A stretch of DNA of 64,000 nucleotides from Octopus sinensis (taxonomy: Eukaryota): positions 30,752,001-30,816,000 of the forward strand of contig NC_043003.1 of assembly GCF_006345805.1 (NCBI RefSeq), read 5' to 3'. Positions 35,418 to 47,120 of this stretch are shown here, in pieces (within the stretch, counting starts at the first letter, position 1; every line of letters starts with the position of its first letter). The position numbers and the translations under genes were made by a program. The notes beneath the pieces are model-generated. The model did not search any database. It was not told the origin of the DNA and saw nothing but the letters and a program-made list of their open reading frames with translations.

Positions 35418-35627
35418 TACACGCCGGGCGAAATGCTTAGCGGTATTTCGTCTGCCGCTACGTTCTGAGTTCAAATTCCGCCGAGGTCGACTTTGCCTTT
35501 CATCCTTTCGGGGTCGATTAAATAAGTACCAGTTACGCACTGGGGTCGATATAATCGACTTAATCCGTTTGTCTGTCCTTGTTTGTCCTCTCTGTGTTTA
35601 GCTCCTTGTGGGTAGTAAAGAAATAGG
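35418..35627 (+). mobile_element. Nin/Deu-like SINE, tail type 2, 5'-truncated
   Basis: Near-identical to 27560-27767. Confidence 0.85.
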
Positions 35628-36530
35628 ATAACTGCTTTTTAAGTAATTGATACATAGGTTGAGAATTGGACCAGAGAAATGCCTGTAGTAGTTATGGCCC
35701 TAAAGAGTTTTGAGTTCAAATCTCTCCGAGAGTAATTCTGCCTTTCCTCCTTCTGGAGCTGCTTAAAATAAAATACCAGTCAAGTACCAAGATCGAATAT
35801 TGTAATTCATTTTCCTTGGGTATGGACGGAATTGTAACAGAATATATTTTATAATTCAAAATTGTTATAACTTGAATATGCTGCTGCTAAAATATTGTTT
35901 CAAATTTTGGCACAAGGCCAGAAATTTCAGGGGAAGGGGTGAGCCGATTACATCGACCCCAAGCGGAAGAAATGTCGCTGAGCATTTTGTTCGACATGCT
36001 AACGACTCTGCGAGCTCGCTGCCTTGTTAGCTTCACAATTATAAGGTCACATAGGGAAGTATCGACTGCTGTAGTCTTGAGTCACCTCAGATTGTGAGTC
36101 ATATTGGATTGTTGTTATTTAATTCAACGTGAGCTTTATATCAGCAAATCAGTGATCAAAACATTCCTACCGTGACCATTCCGTCTACGGTACAGCGTGA
36201 TTTGAGGCAGATTCGGCTGTAATATCTAGCAGATCCTGTAACAATCACGTGTTTATTTTTTCAAAACTGATTGAGGATTCACTTGTAAATAAAAACATGT
36301 AATAAATAAAACATCATACACACACAATATATATATTGCTGCAGGCGACATGTTCAAAGACGCTATGTCCGGCCACTTAGAATAACGTACTCAAAGATGA
36401 GTTTGAGAATGAATAAAATACTTAATCCATAATTTGCTGATCAACGATTATAGCTTTATATATAAACAACAACATCATAATTCGCTGGTGGACTCAGGAT
36501 TTCGCGGTGTGAAACAAGCCTGGCCTTTTA

Positions 36531-36798
36531 AATTATAATTACAGCTTGCTCGATGGTTTCCATTCTGTTCCCGCCTGATTACTAAAGGCAGAAACAAATA
36601 CATCTCACGGTCTCTTACTTTTGAGAGAATACCTTTAATATACTTTTGAGAGGATATTCTTCGAAATTTGGTGAGGTGGAGCAAAGATGCTATCGGGAAT
36701 CCCGCTGGGTATCCTCTCAAAATTGGAGGGGGCGTAGTTATCTTTCCTTCTGCCTTTATTGGTCAGACGGGAACACTATGAAAGTTGTAATTATAATT
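36531..36798. mobile_element. Degenerate inverted-repeat element (MITE-like)
   Basis: Arms aattataattacagctt...ttcccgcctgattactaaaggcagaa and ttctgcctttattggtcagacgggaac...aagttgtaattataatt, with inner ttttgagaggata/tatcctctcaaaa. No clear TSD. Confidence 0.55.
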
Positions 36799-36829
36799 CA
36801 AAAACTCAGTCTTGCTTTTTATTTATTTA

Positions 36830-37052
36830 TTTATTTATGCGTCCTTTTCAAGCCTAGCCAGGCTCATGGGCCCGGTTTCCCGGTTTCTGTTCCCCCCAGC
36901 TGGGCGGGACGCCAATCCATCGCAGCGTTACTCAAGAAACAGGAAGAAAGAGTGAGAGAAAGTTGGGGCGAAAGAGTACAACAGGGGTCGCCACCTGCCG
37001 GAGCTTTAGGTGTTTTTGCTCAATGAACACATAACGCCCGGTTTGGGAATCG
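36830..37052 (-). mobile_element. Meta/V-like SINE, partial
   Basis: Colinear with 14148-14400. Confidence 0.75.
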
Positions 37053-37298
37053 ATACTTTATTACCATAACCGAGTAATACAGTAAACATTAACCTTTATT
37101 TTTAATCGGTAGTAAATTACAAAAGTTATTCAAGGAGCATGTCAGTGATAAGTTACCTTGTACGAAACTCTCGGCTCTTAAGTTACATTTGTAACTTTTT
37201 GGCGATTGATTCTCCAGAGGATGGGCCCTTGACAAATTAACAGGTTTCTCTCTTTAAAGAAAGAAGGAATGAAGAAAAAAAAAGGGAAAAGTATCACC

Positions 37299-37442
37299 GG
37301 AGTGGCTGTGTGGTAAATAGCTTGCTTACCAACCACATGATTCCAGGTTCAGTCCCACTGAGCAAGTGTCTTCTGCTATAGCCTCGGGCCGACCAAAGCT
37401 TCATGAGTGGATTTGGTAGACGGAAACTGAAAGAAGCCCGTC

Positions 37443-37507
<65 letters not shown>

Positions 37508-37805
37508 AGAATTCACAAAAAGAAAAACAAAGACGAAGACAGGTGGTGTAGACAACAAACAGATGTATTACTATAACGTTTCGATATATATGTGTGTGTG
37601 TGTTTGTGTGTTTTTCTTTGTTCCCCCAACATCGTTTGACAACCGATGCTGGTGTGTTTACGTCCCCGTAACTTAGCGGTTCGGCAAAAGAGACCGATAG
37701 AACAAGTACTATGTTTACAAAGAATAAGTCCTGGGGTCGATTTGTTCGACTAAAAGCGGTGCTTCAGCATGGTCGCAGTAAAATGACTGAAACAAATAAA
37801 AGATT
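37299..37805 (+). mobile_element. CORE-type SINE whose internal (TA)n carries an ~80-bp foreign insert (37505-37583)
   Basis: SINE head and tail are colinear with 3887-4287. The insert on the minus strand begins CGAAACGTTA, resembling the 3' half of a hammerhead. Confidence 0.75.
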
Positions 37806-38689
37806 AAAAGTGAGCTCTTCTATTTTTGAGAAGATGTCTCTCGGAAATTCCCGAAAGCACTCTTACCAAATTTCTGATTTCTGTCGCTTGCACTCTTCCA
37901 TTTTTGAGAGGTTGCTCTTTGGAAATTCCCGAAAGCAGTCTCGCTAAATTTCTGTCGGAGGCCCTGTACATACAACGCGCGCGAACACACACACACACGT
38001 CTTATTTGTCACATATTGTTTTTATTTAGAAATGGATCCTCTGTCGGTTTTGAAAATAAATGAGTATTTCTTGAATTATAGTGTAAATAGTCGAGAATTC
38101 CACAGACACTTGTACTGGCGCATATCAACGAGGTATGTCAGAATCGTGGAACCTCGAATAAAAATAAAGAATATGGTTTTATCATTTACAACGCTTTGAG
38201 TATACACATCTCTTTGCGCTCAGGCCATCTCTGCCATTCATCGATTATAATTCTACTCAGATCTAGGACGGATTGACTCATGTTTTATTTTATCAACCTC
38301 AAAAGGATGAAAGGTAAAGATGACCGCAGCGGAATTTGAACTCAGAACGTAGGGAGGAAGATAGATAGAGAGAGAGTAGTAACTAAATATTGTAAGGTAA
38401 TTCTGTCCGACGCTCTAACGATACTGCCACTCCACCGATAAAATAAATGTTAAAGAACTAGGATATTATACATATATATATATGTGTGTGTATTATATGT
38501 TATCGACGAAAAACCTACGAAAGGCAGAGTGCCCCAGCATGGCTCTCACGAAACCATATGTAGGGGACGTGTATTTCTGCGTACGTGTGTGTGTGTGTAT
38601 CACTGAGTGTGAGTGTATTTAATGTCTAACATGAATCTGCAACAAACGCCAACTCTTTCGTACTTTCTCTCAAAAGGCGACGACGAAAG

Positions 38690-39580
38690 CATTGCATTAT
38701 AACTTTTATTTTCTCCCTGTTTATTTCTTTGTTGCTCTCTCGTTCTCTCCCCCCCCCTCGACGACAAACGCTACTGCAGCTACCTTCTCTTCTCACCTCA
38801 CCTCTTATTTTCCCCCCTCTAGTCTCTTTCCTACTCTCTCTTTCTCTCTCACTCTTACTCTATCTCTCCACCCCCGCGTCATCGTTTCTATTTACACGCT
38901 GCTTTCTCGTCTTTTTCTTTTTCCCTCTGTAACTTCTTTACTTCTCCTCCGTCTCTTTCTCTCTATCTATCTTTATTTCTAACGGACGCCACATTATCTT
39001 ATCACTCGCTTTTCAAACACACACCGTTCTTTCCCTTTTTTCTTTTTACACCTCATCTCTCTTACACTCCCTCTCTCTCTCCCCCTCGTCAGAAGCTTTC
39101 TAAATCTAATCATATTCCATTCTCTCTTCCCTCCTCATATTTCAGTCCCCCCCCCGCTTTCGATTTTCCTTTCATCCCACCCTCTAATTTCTATCTTTAT
39201 TATCTGCTCTTCTCCTACCCCACTATCTTTCAACTCATTCTCTTCATCTTCCTCTCTTTCCCTCCCCCGCCTCTCTTCTCACTCTCTCTGCCATCCTACC
39301 TCCTCTTCACCCAACGCTTTCTTATCCTCTCATTACATTCGTTTTTCTCCTTCCTTTTTTCTTTCTCTTCCCCCCCGTTTCCATTTTGTCTCTATCTAAA
39401 TTTCTTTCTCTTTACTTTCTCTCCTTCCATACAGTTTCTAATAATTCTTTCTTCCTCTTTTCCTTACGCCCCCCCCCCCATATTTTCTCACGCCCTCTCT
39501 CTTTTTTTCCTCTTACTGTCCTTCTTTCTCTCTTTATTCTCACCACTCTCTAGTTCTCTATCACGCCTTCTCTGTTTCTT
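38690..39580 (+). repeat. ~0.9-kb cryptic polypyrimidine (C/T) low-complexity tract
   Basis: Strong C/T bias on the plus strand without a fixed repeat period. Confidence 0.85.
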
Positions 39581-40060
39581 TTTTTACTCAACTATTTTAT
39601 CATCCTGCTCATGTCCTCCGTAATATATATCAATGTAACAAAGTCGAATCGCTTGATAGAGTGTTTTCGCCCTGCAGACATCTGACAACTGATCGGATAT
39701 ATCTATATATAAAATACATATATACTTATATGCATATAAATACAAACAGTTAACTGCATTTAAAGACACTCGCTCATCCTTTGCTACTGCAGGTAACAAT
39801 AATATTACTATTATTTTTTCTATTCTCAATGCCCTCTCTCGCTCTCTGTATATATATATATATATTGTTTTGTTTTCACTGATATTTAGTAGAAGCCACA
39901 AAGGAACTCAAGACCCGAAAGTTTCGTGCGTTGGTACTAAATAAGTGCCAATGCACGAAACTCTCGGTCGTTGAGTCACTCTGTGACTTCTGCTAAATAT
40001 CAATAGAAATATACATATACTCATATTTTGAGTTCTATTTCTCCTGTTTGCATCAACATG

Positions 40061-40099
<39 letters not shown>

Positions 40100-40467
40100 C
40101 CATATTTTAATAATAATGTAATTGTTAATTTAACTTTCACTGTAATCTGACGCATATTCCCTTAAACCCCTTCTATGCCTTTCATTTCTCTCCAGAGCCA
40201 GCCCGTGGCTTACCGTCTCTAATCGTCTTGTGTGGGGTTTGTAGACAAATGTAAATAGTGTATTCATTTAACAGCCATACGCATACGCACGTGTATATAT
40301 ATGTATATGTGGGTGTGTATATATGGTTTTTATCATATCGTTGATCGCACTCAGCTCGTATCATCATACAAGGAGGGTTCGTATTGTTTACACTGTTTAC
40401 ATTTATGTATATATTGAGTGTATATACACATATTTCTTTAGATTACTGAGACTAATATATATATACC

Positions 40468-40510
<43 letters not shown>

Positions 40511-40644
40511 CCGATTTGCAAAATGCATACGTTATGTATGAGTTTATGTGTGTGTCTGTATGTGTACACACACAAACATTTATGAATATATTTGTGTACT
40601 CGTGTATAGATACGTGTGTGTGTATTCTACACACACATCTTCCA

Positions 40645-40960
40645 TCTGTTACCTGTTTCAGTCATTCGATTGCAGCCATGCTGGAGCACCGCATTTTTAG
40701 TACTTATTTTACCAGACTGTTTTGCCGAACCGCTAAGTTACAGGGACGTAAACACACCAGCACCGAATGTCAAGCGATGTTGGGAGACACACACACACAT
40801 AAATACGACAGGCTTTTTTCAGTTTCCGTCTGTCAAATCCACTCACAAGGCTTTGACCCGTGGCTATAATAGAAGACACGTGCCCAAGGGGCCACGCAGT
40901 GGGGCTGAACCTGGAACCTTATGGTTTGAAAACAAGCTTCTTACCACACAGCCACTCCTG
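40645..40960 (-). mobile_element. CORE-type SINE with internal deletions
   Basis: Colinear with 13587-13985. Confidence 0.75.
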
Positions 40961-40973
40961 CATGTATCTTCCC

Positions 40974-41028
<55 letters not shown>

Positions 41029-41569
41029 ATATACATGTACATGTGTGTATATATGCAGACGTGTTTATTTGTACATGTTTATATGTCTGTATAGGTGTGT
41101 GTATGACGGCTCCTAGAAGACCCGTCATGTTTCCTTCATTTTGAAATCATCAGAGTGCGCTCTGCTGAATTAAAATAAAAGCAATATGAGTAACCATCTC
41201 AGTGGCATCATTTAAAGAAACAAATATTTCCAGTCCATGTTGTTGATTACTTTAACTTGTTTCAGTTTTTAATTGGCATTTACACACATGTATATAAACA
41301 TATATATATATATGTATGTATGTATGTAAAACAAATGAAGGACAGGTGTTATCTATTCGGCAATTTCTAACGACTCTTAAATTGATTAATGAGTACATTA
41401 TATCAATTCCAAAGAAACCGTTTTCTCCAGATGGATACCTTTACATTAACGGATCTTCTAAATAATTTAACATAGTTGAAAACTTTTTTAAAAATCTCAG
41501 AGCGAACATTTCTGACATTCTGCTTAAGTACCTTATTCAACTGAATCTTACATATATTTTATATATATC

Positions 41570-41860
41570 ATCATCATCATCATCATTTAGCGTCCGCTTT
41601 CCATGCTAGCATGGGTTGGACGATTTGACTGAGGACTGGCGAACCAGATGACTGCACCAGGCTCCAATCTGATCTGGCAGAGTTTCTACTGCTGGATGCC
41701 CTTCCTAACACCAACCACTCCGAGAGTGTAGTGGGTGCTTTTACGTGCCACCGGCATGAGAGCCAGTCAGGCGGTACTGGCAATGGCCACGCTCAAATGG
41801 TGATTTTTACGTGCCACCTGCACAGGAGCCCATCCAGCGGCACCGGCAACGACCTCGCTG
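41570..41860 (-). mobile_element. RTE 3'-UTR fragment with (CAT)n tail
   Basis: catcatcatttagcgtccgctttccatgctagcatgggttggacg...gtgccaccggcatg. Confidence 0.8.
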
Positions 41861-42899
41861 CCCTTCATATATGTTTATCGCTTAAGTTTTGGAAGTCTAA
41901 TAGCCTGGTGTAGATCTCAGTATACATATGCTTCAGAATGAAGTGTTAGTCGAGTACAGAGCGATGACAAAGGAATAAATTATTATCTAATGGATTTAGC
42001 TAGTTTGCTAGCTAGATAGATAGATAGGTACAAGCATAGCTGTTTGGTTAAGAAATTTACTTCCCAATCATGTGGTCTTGGGTTCAGTCTCACTGTGTGT
42101 CACCTTGAGCAAAGCCTTGTAAGCTGATTTGGTAGATGGATACTGGAAGAAGCCTTTCAAATGTGTATGTATACAGATCAGATTGGAGCCTGGTGCAGCC
42201 ATATGGTTTGCCAGACCTCAGTCAAATCGTCCAACCCATGCTAACATGGAAAACAACGTTAAACGATGATGATGACATATATGCATATGTGTTACCTTGT
42301 CTTGACATGTGATGATTGCAAATGAGCATCACCACCATACAAAAACTGTTCCTCATTTTTGGCTTTCCATGAAAAGCATGTCTGGCCATAGGGTAATATG
42401 ACCTTGCTTGGAAATAGGCGAGTACTGGCATCAAGAAGGGCATCTGGATGTGGGAAAATCTGCCCCAACAAATTCTGCCTGACCCATGACATTAAATGAT
42501 GATGCCACTTGCACATTAATTTCTTGAGCAAGCTGTTCCATTGATCAGATCGACTGGAACCCTTGTTGTTGTAACTGACGGACTGCCAGTAATGTATATA
42601 CAAACACACATATATTTTGTTGTGTTGTCAATATGGGCATGTCTCAGATGAGTAAAACATGGCTTTCATGTTGCAATCAACACAAATTCAAAGCTTTATG
42701 GAAACTTTCAAGTTCCTTTTGAGTCAGCTAGTTTCTTAAGTCTCTCATATGTGACTGAAGCCTTGTTAATCCTCAAGTTGATCTTAGAATCTAGGGATTC
42801 ATACATGGATACAAAGCTGCTAGGCATACAATCCACTGCATTAAGTTTGGTTCTACATGCAGCTCACCTGTAATAAGTGTATATACATACATGTGTGTG

Positions 42900-44010
42900 T
42901 AATATATCACCTTAGTTCTTCTGCATCCATATTTCAAGTTCAAAAGCATTACAGGCATGACAAGAGACCTCTATCATTTTCTGATTACCATTATTAGTGT
43001 ATAACAAATAGCAAAATAGAATTATAAAGGTTTACTTTTTAGTTTTGAAATTATTCAGATTAAACAGTTTACCTGTTGTGCAAATAACAGATAGGTAACT
43101 TGATCACTGTCCTGAAAGGCATAAGCATTTACACCTGTAAAGTGCATAGAGTAAAGGTGGAGTGGTTATATATCTCTTCTTAACCCCTTCACTGCTGAAA
43201 TCAGCTATATCAACTTAAAATTTAATTTTCCTTAACTGCAGAAAGCAGTTTTATATACTAGTCTATCTTTTGTTGAGGAATGTTATGTTTGGAGCTATTT
43301 TTAGTTGACATATATCAGGTTTGTTGAAGAAATATGTCTTGCAGAAAGTACTAATTGTATTCTTTTGGTAGATATTTAACATCATTACTGGAATAACCAT
43401 AGCATTTAATTTTGCAGTTAAAGGGGTTAACTCCATTTTTGATTTCAACTGGGACTGGTTCCACCAGAATACTGTTTGAGCTGATGGAAGCCTTTATTTG
43501 TAAGGCAGAGAAACCTATTGACAACTTATCCTTTTTCAGGATTCTCCACAGTGCATTTGTAGTCACTGTGTGAAAACCTTTCATTTGGTCAACAGATTCT
43601 TGAGAAAGGGAAAGTCTCTACTCTTGAAGTATACACTTCTCTTGCTACTGTCTTATACTAAAGATCATACCTGTGGTGCCTTTGCCTGATCTGAAACCAC
43701 ATTGAGACTCTGATGCAAATGATTCAATATTAGTCTGTTGAATATCTAACCAACAGTATGAAAGTTACCATAGTTTGACTTGATGCCTTTCCTTCTTGTA
43801 CAAAGAAATCAGTATTGCATGACTCCAATCTTTTGTAACTGGTGGTTACAAGATAAGCCATTGCATACCTATCATGGTTAATAACTTTAGCTGGTATGCT
43901 ATCAATTTTCTTTCTGAGTTTTGTTTAATAGCAGTGTTGATTTCCTCTATGTTAGGATTGTTATCCATTTCTTCAATAACATCTCCTACTGGAATGGGTT
44001 TTCTTTAATT
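42900..44010 (-). pseudogene. Decayed RTE-BovB-like reverse transcriptase fragment
   Basis: Frames read ESQCGFRSGKGTTGMIFSIRQ*QEKC, KGFHTVTTNALWRIL, PVEIKNGVK(K) and GKLFNL. It is interrupted by a piggyBac-like MITE. Confidence 0.75.
43184..43426. mobile_element. piggyBac-like MITE, 243 bp
   Basis: TTAA-CCCCTTCACTGC ... GCAGTTAAAGGGG-TTAA with TSDs at 43180-83 and 43427-30. Excising it with one TTAA restores the RT motif NGVK. Confidence 0.85.
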
Positions 44011-44342
44011 CTTTTACTTGTTTCAGTCATTTGACTGTGACCATGCTGGAGTACCATCTTAAGGGATTTTAGTCAAACAAATAGACCCCTTTGTAAGCCT
44101 AGCACTTAGTCTATTGATCTCTTTGCTGAACTGCTAAGTTGTGGTGATGTAAACATACCCACATTAGTTGTCAAGTGATGGTGTGTGTGGGGGAACAGTT
44201 TCCGTATATCAATTTCACTCACAAGGCTTTGGTTGGTCTGAGACTATAGTAGAAGACACTTGCCCAAGGTGTCATGCAGTGGGACTGAACCTGGAACCAT
44301 GTGGTTGGGAAGCAAGCTTCTTACCACACAGCCACACCTGTG
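44010..44342 (-). mobile_element. CORE-type SINE
   Basis: Colinear with 13587-13985. Confidence 0.75.
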
Positions 44343-44387
44343 CCTAAAAGTTTCGTGAAATACCTTTTCCATTTCTTCAGAAGAATA

Positions 44388-45538
44388 TGTGTTTCTGATC
44401 AATAAGTATCTGGACTATTGCCATAGTAACGAAGCTAAAGCCACTCGGCACAGGTTGATCTTGAACTCTGCTATGCATGCGCTCTAAGGCTTAACATTCC
44501 ATCTCGCTTCTACTGTTTACAGCAGCACTTGGTGTATAGCGTGCTATTATTGCATTGACCATGACACAGAATGTTGAGCTGAGAATCTGCATCAAATTTT
44601 GCCAAAAGCTTGGTGATACCTGCTCAGAGGCCTACTTAAAGTTTTCAAAAATTTTTTATTGTTCTTGATACAATCTAGGAGATCTTGTGCCACTGAAACC
44701 CAAATGTCTTTTTGGACAGCTGAAAGCAGTTTTGGCACAAACTTGGCAGATATGCATCTCATACCCAAATCTTCTTTGATAATAGATGGAACTGAACAGT
44801 AACTAATCTGCACATCCTCTGATAACTCACGGATGGTGATTTGACAATTTCCCCTCACAGCTGCATGCACATCTGCGATGTTTTTCTTAGTTCTGCCTGT
44901 TGTGGGTCTCCCAGAACTTTCATCAATAATGATATTTTTTCAACGTAAAGTATACTAGCCATCTCAATATGGCTAACCACTAAGGGTGGGTGTTACTGTA
45001 GCTTTTAGCCCCAGGAGATCATCGTCTCCAGCTGGCTTTAGGCACACTTTCTGTGCCCTTATGGTATTTGCAGTGTGCCTAAAGCCAGCTGGAGACGATG
45101 ATTTCCTGGGGCTAAAAGCTACAGTAACACCCACCCTTAGCGGTTAGCCATATTGAGGTGGCTAGTATACTTTACGTTGTCGAGCGGTTACTGTTTACAT
45201 CTCGTTCAGAGATATTTTTTCAGCCATCTTGGAAACATCTCAACCACTCATACACTTGTGTGTGGCTCATGCGCTCCTCTCCATACACTTTCTGCAACTT
45301 TGCATAGGCCTCTGAACAGGTATTACCATGACAATTTTCTCCATTATGGTCAGTGTGGACAATCACACCCTACACGTTCCCTCCAAGCACTTCTGTAAAC
45401 TGCATAAGTGAGCTAGAATGCTAAATCTTAGTGTGCACACACAACAGAGTTCAAGGTCAATCTTTGCCAAGCAGCTTCACTCTGTGCTTTAGCTTTGTTA
45501 CTATGGCAACAGTCCGGATACTTATTGATCAGACCTCA
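44388..45538. mobile_element. Mariner derivative made of two inverted left (5') ends
   Basis: TIR tctgatcaataagtatc.ggact.ttgccatagtaac.aagctaaagc at both ends. The plus arm reads MTQNVELRICIKFCQKLGDTCSEAY from 44561. The minus arm reads ...SEAYAKLQKVYGEERMSH...TIRELSEDVQISY...ISAKFVPKLL...DLLDCIKNNKKFLK down to ~44642. Confidence 0.8.
44943..45210. mobile_element. 268-bp fold-back insertion with a 12-bp TSD
   Basis: 108-bp arms (44941-45048 and 45072-45179, 3 mismatches), a 23-nt loop and a 31-nt unpaired tail. GATATTTTTTCA is duplicated at 44931-44942 and 45211-45222. Confidence 0.8.
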
Positions 45539-45574
45539 ATAGTAATACTATCAATATTACTGATTATAGTATAG

Positions 45575-45845
45575 TACAGTAGGCATCTGTCAGTCTTGAG
45601 AGACCATGGTTCTGTGCCCAAATAAATCTTCTCAGCTGCTGATGGTAGTGCAGTATCTGTTGTGACTGTGCAGCTCCACATGAGAGTGACAGTCATGCAT
45701 ACAGCAACTGCATTTGATGGCGCTCTCTTCCAGCACTACTTGTTTTCCCTTTTGTTGTGTGTGCTTTTCTTTAGAGGCAAGTTCCTGGTTTCCATCTGCT
45801 TCTTTCATTCCTTTTTGCAGTATTTCTCTCCAGTGTGACTAGAGG
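45575..45845 (-). mobile_element. 3' end of an RTE-BovB-like LINE
   Basis: SHWREILQKGMKE...CSCCMHDCHSHVELHSHNRYC (C-terminal zinc knuckle) plus 3' end ccatggtctctcaagactgacagatgcc. Confidence 0.65.
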
Positions 45846-46215
45846 CAAATATTACTGATTATATGTGATTATAACTACTAATTCTAATTGGTACTCTGTC
45901 AGTTATTTTGATAAGGGTTCTAGTTGATTTGATCAACAGGACAACCTGCTCGTGAAATTAACATGCAAACAGCTGAGCACTCCACAGACACATGTACCCC
46001 TAATATGGTTCTCGGGTAGATTCAGCATAACACAGAATGTGATAAGGCTGGCCCTTTGAAATGCAGGTTCTACACAATATGAAATAAAGTGTATAACTCA
46101 AGTACACAATACACTGCTGGGAATTGGACTCACAACCTTAAGATTGTAAACTGAATACCCTAACCAGTAAGCCACTCACCTTTACTACATATGTGTGTGT
46201 ATATATGTGTATGTA

Positions 46216-46246
<31 letters not shown>

Positions 46247-46310
46247 ATGTATGTATGTATGTATGTATCTATCTAGCTATCTCTCTCTCTATATATATAT
46301 ATATATGTGT

Positions 46311-46616
46311 GGAGGCGCAATGGACCAGTGGTTAGGGCAGCGCACTTGTGGCCATAGGACCACGGTTTTGATTCCCAGACCAGGTGTTGTGAGTGTTTAT
46401 TGAGCGAAAACACCTAAAGCTCCACGATGCTCCGGCAGGGGGTGGTGGAGACCCCTGCTGTACTTTCTCGCTACAACTTTCTCTCACTCTTTCTTCTGTT
46501 AGCCTGCTCGCTTAGCCAGCGGGGTGGTGTCATTTGAAGGCTAAAACAATGTGAAGCGCATTGTGACCAGTGATGTGTAGCAACATCTGATAGCCTGGTT
46601 GGTCACGGTGATTACA

Positions 46617-46618
<2 letters not shown>
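46311..46618 (+). mobile_element. tRNA-head SINE sharing its 5' half with 60776 but with a different 3' module
   Basis: ggaggcgcaatggaccagtggttagggcag...ctttctctcactctttctt, then cctgctcgcttagccagcggggtgg...ggtcacggtgat. The same 3' module occurs at ~25505-25620. Confidence 0.75.
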
Positions 46619-46654
<36 letters not shown>

Positions 46655-47085
46655 CACACACAACTTGTTTTTCATTTATGTGCTTACTCTGATATATATA
46701 TGTGTGTGTGTGTGTGTACACATGAACTTGCACACATACATACATATATACATACATGTGGCAAACTCAATAGTGTCAGTAGCATGAAAATGCAGCCAGT
46801 CAGCCAGTACACACTGCAAAGTGGCTGGTGTTAAGAAGGGCATCCACCTGTAGAAACCTTGCCAAAGCTGACATTGGAGCTTGACACAGCCCTGTGGCTC
46901 ACCAGATCCTATCAAGCTACCATGGAAAATGGACATTAAATGATGATGGGGATGATATATATTTCTTGAGTTTGCTAAAACTTGCAAAAGCGAGTTCTAG
47001 AATCATCAGAGATTTGGATGCAACCATGAAAAACATCTTAAACTTTAACGATTCTAGGGGCAATTTTGTTTCTTTCTTATCAGCC

Positions 47086-47120
<35 letters not shown>

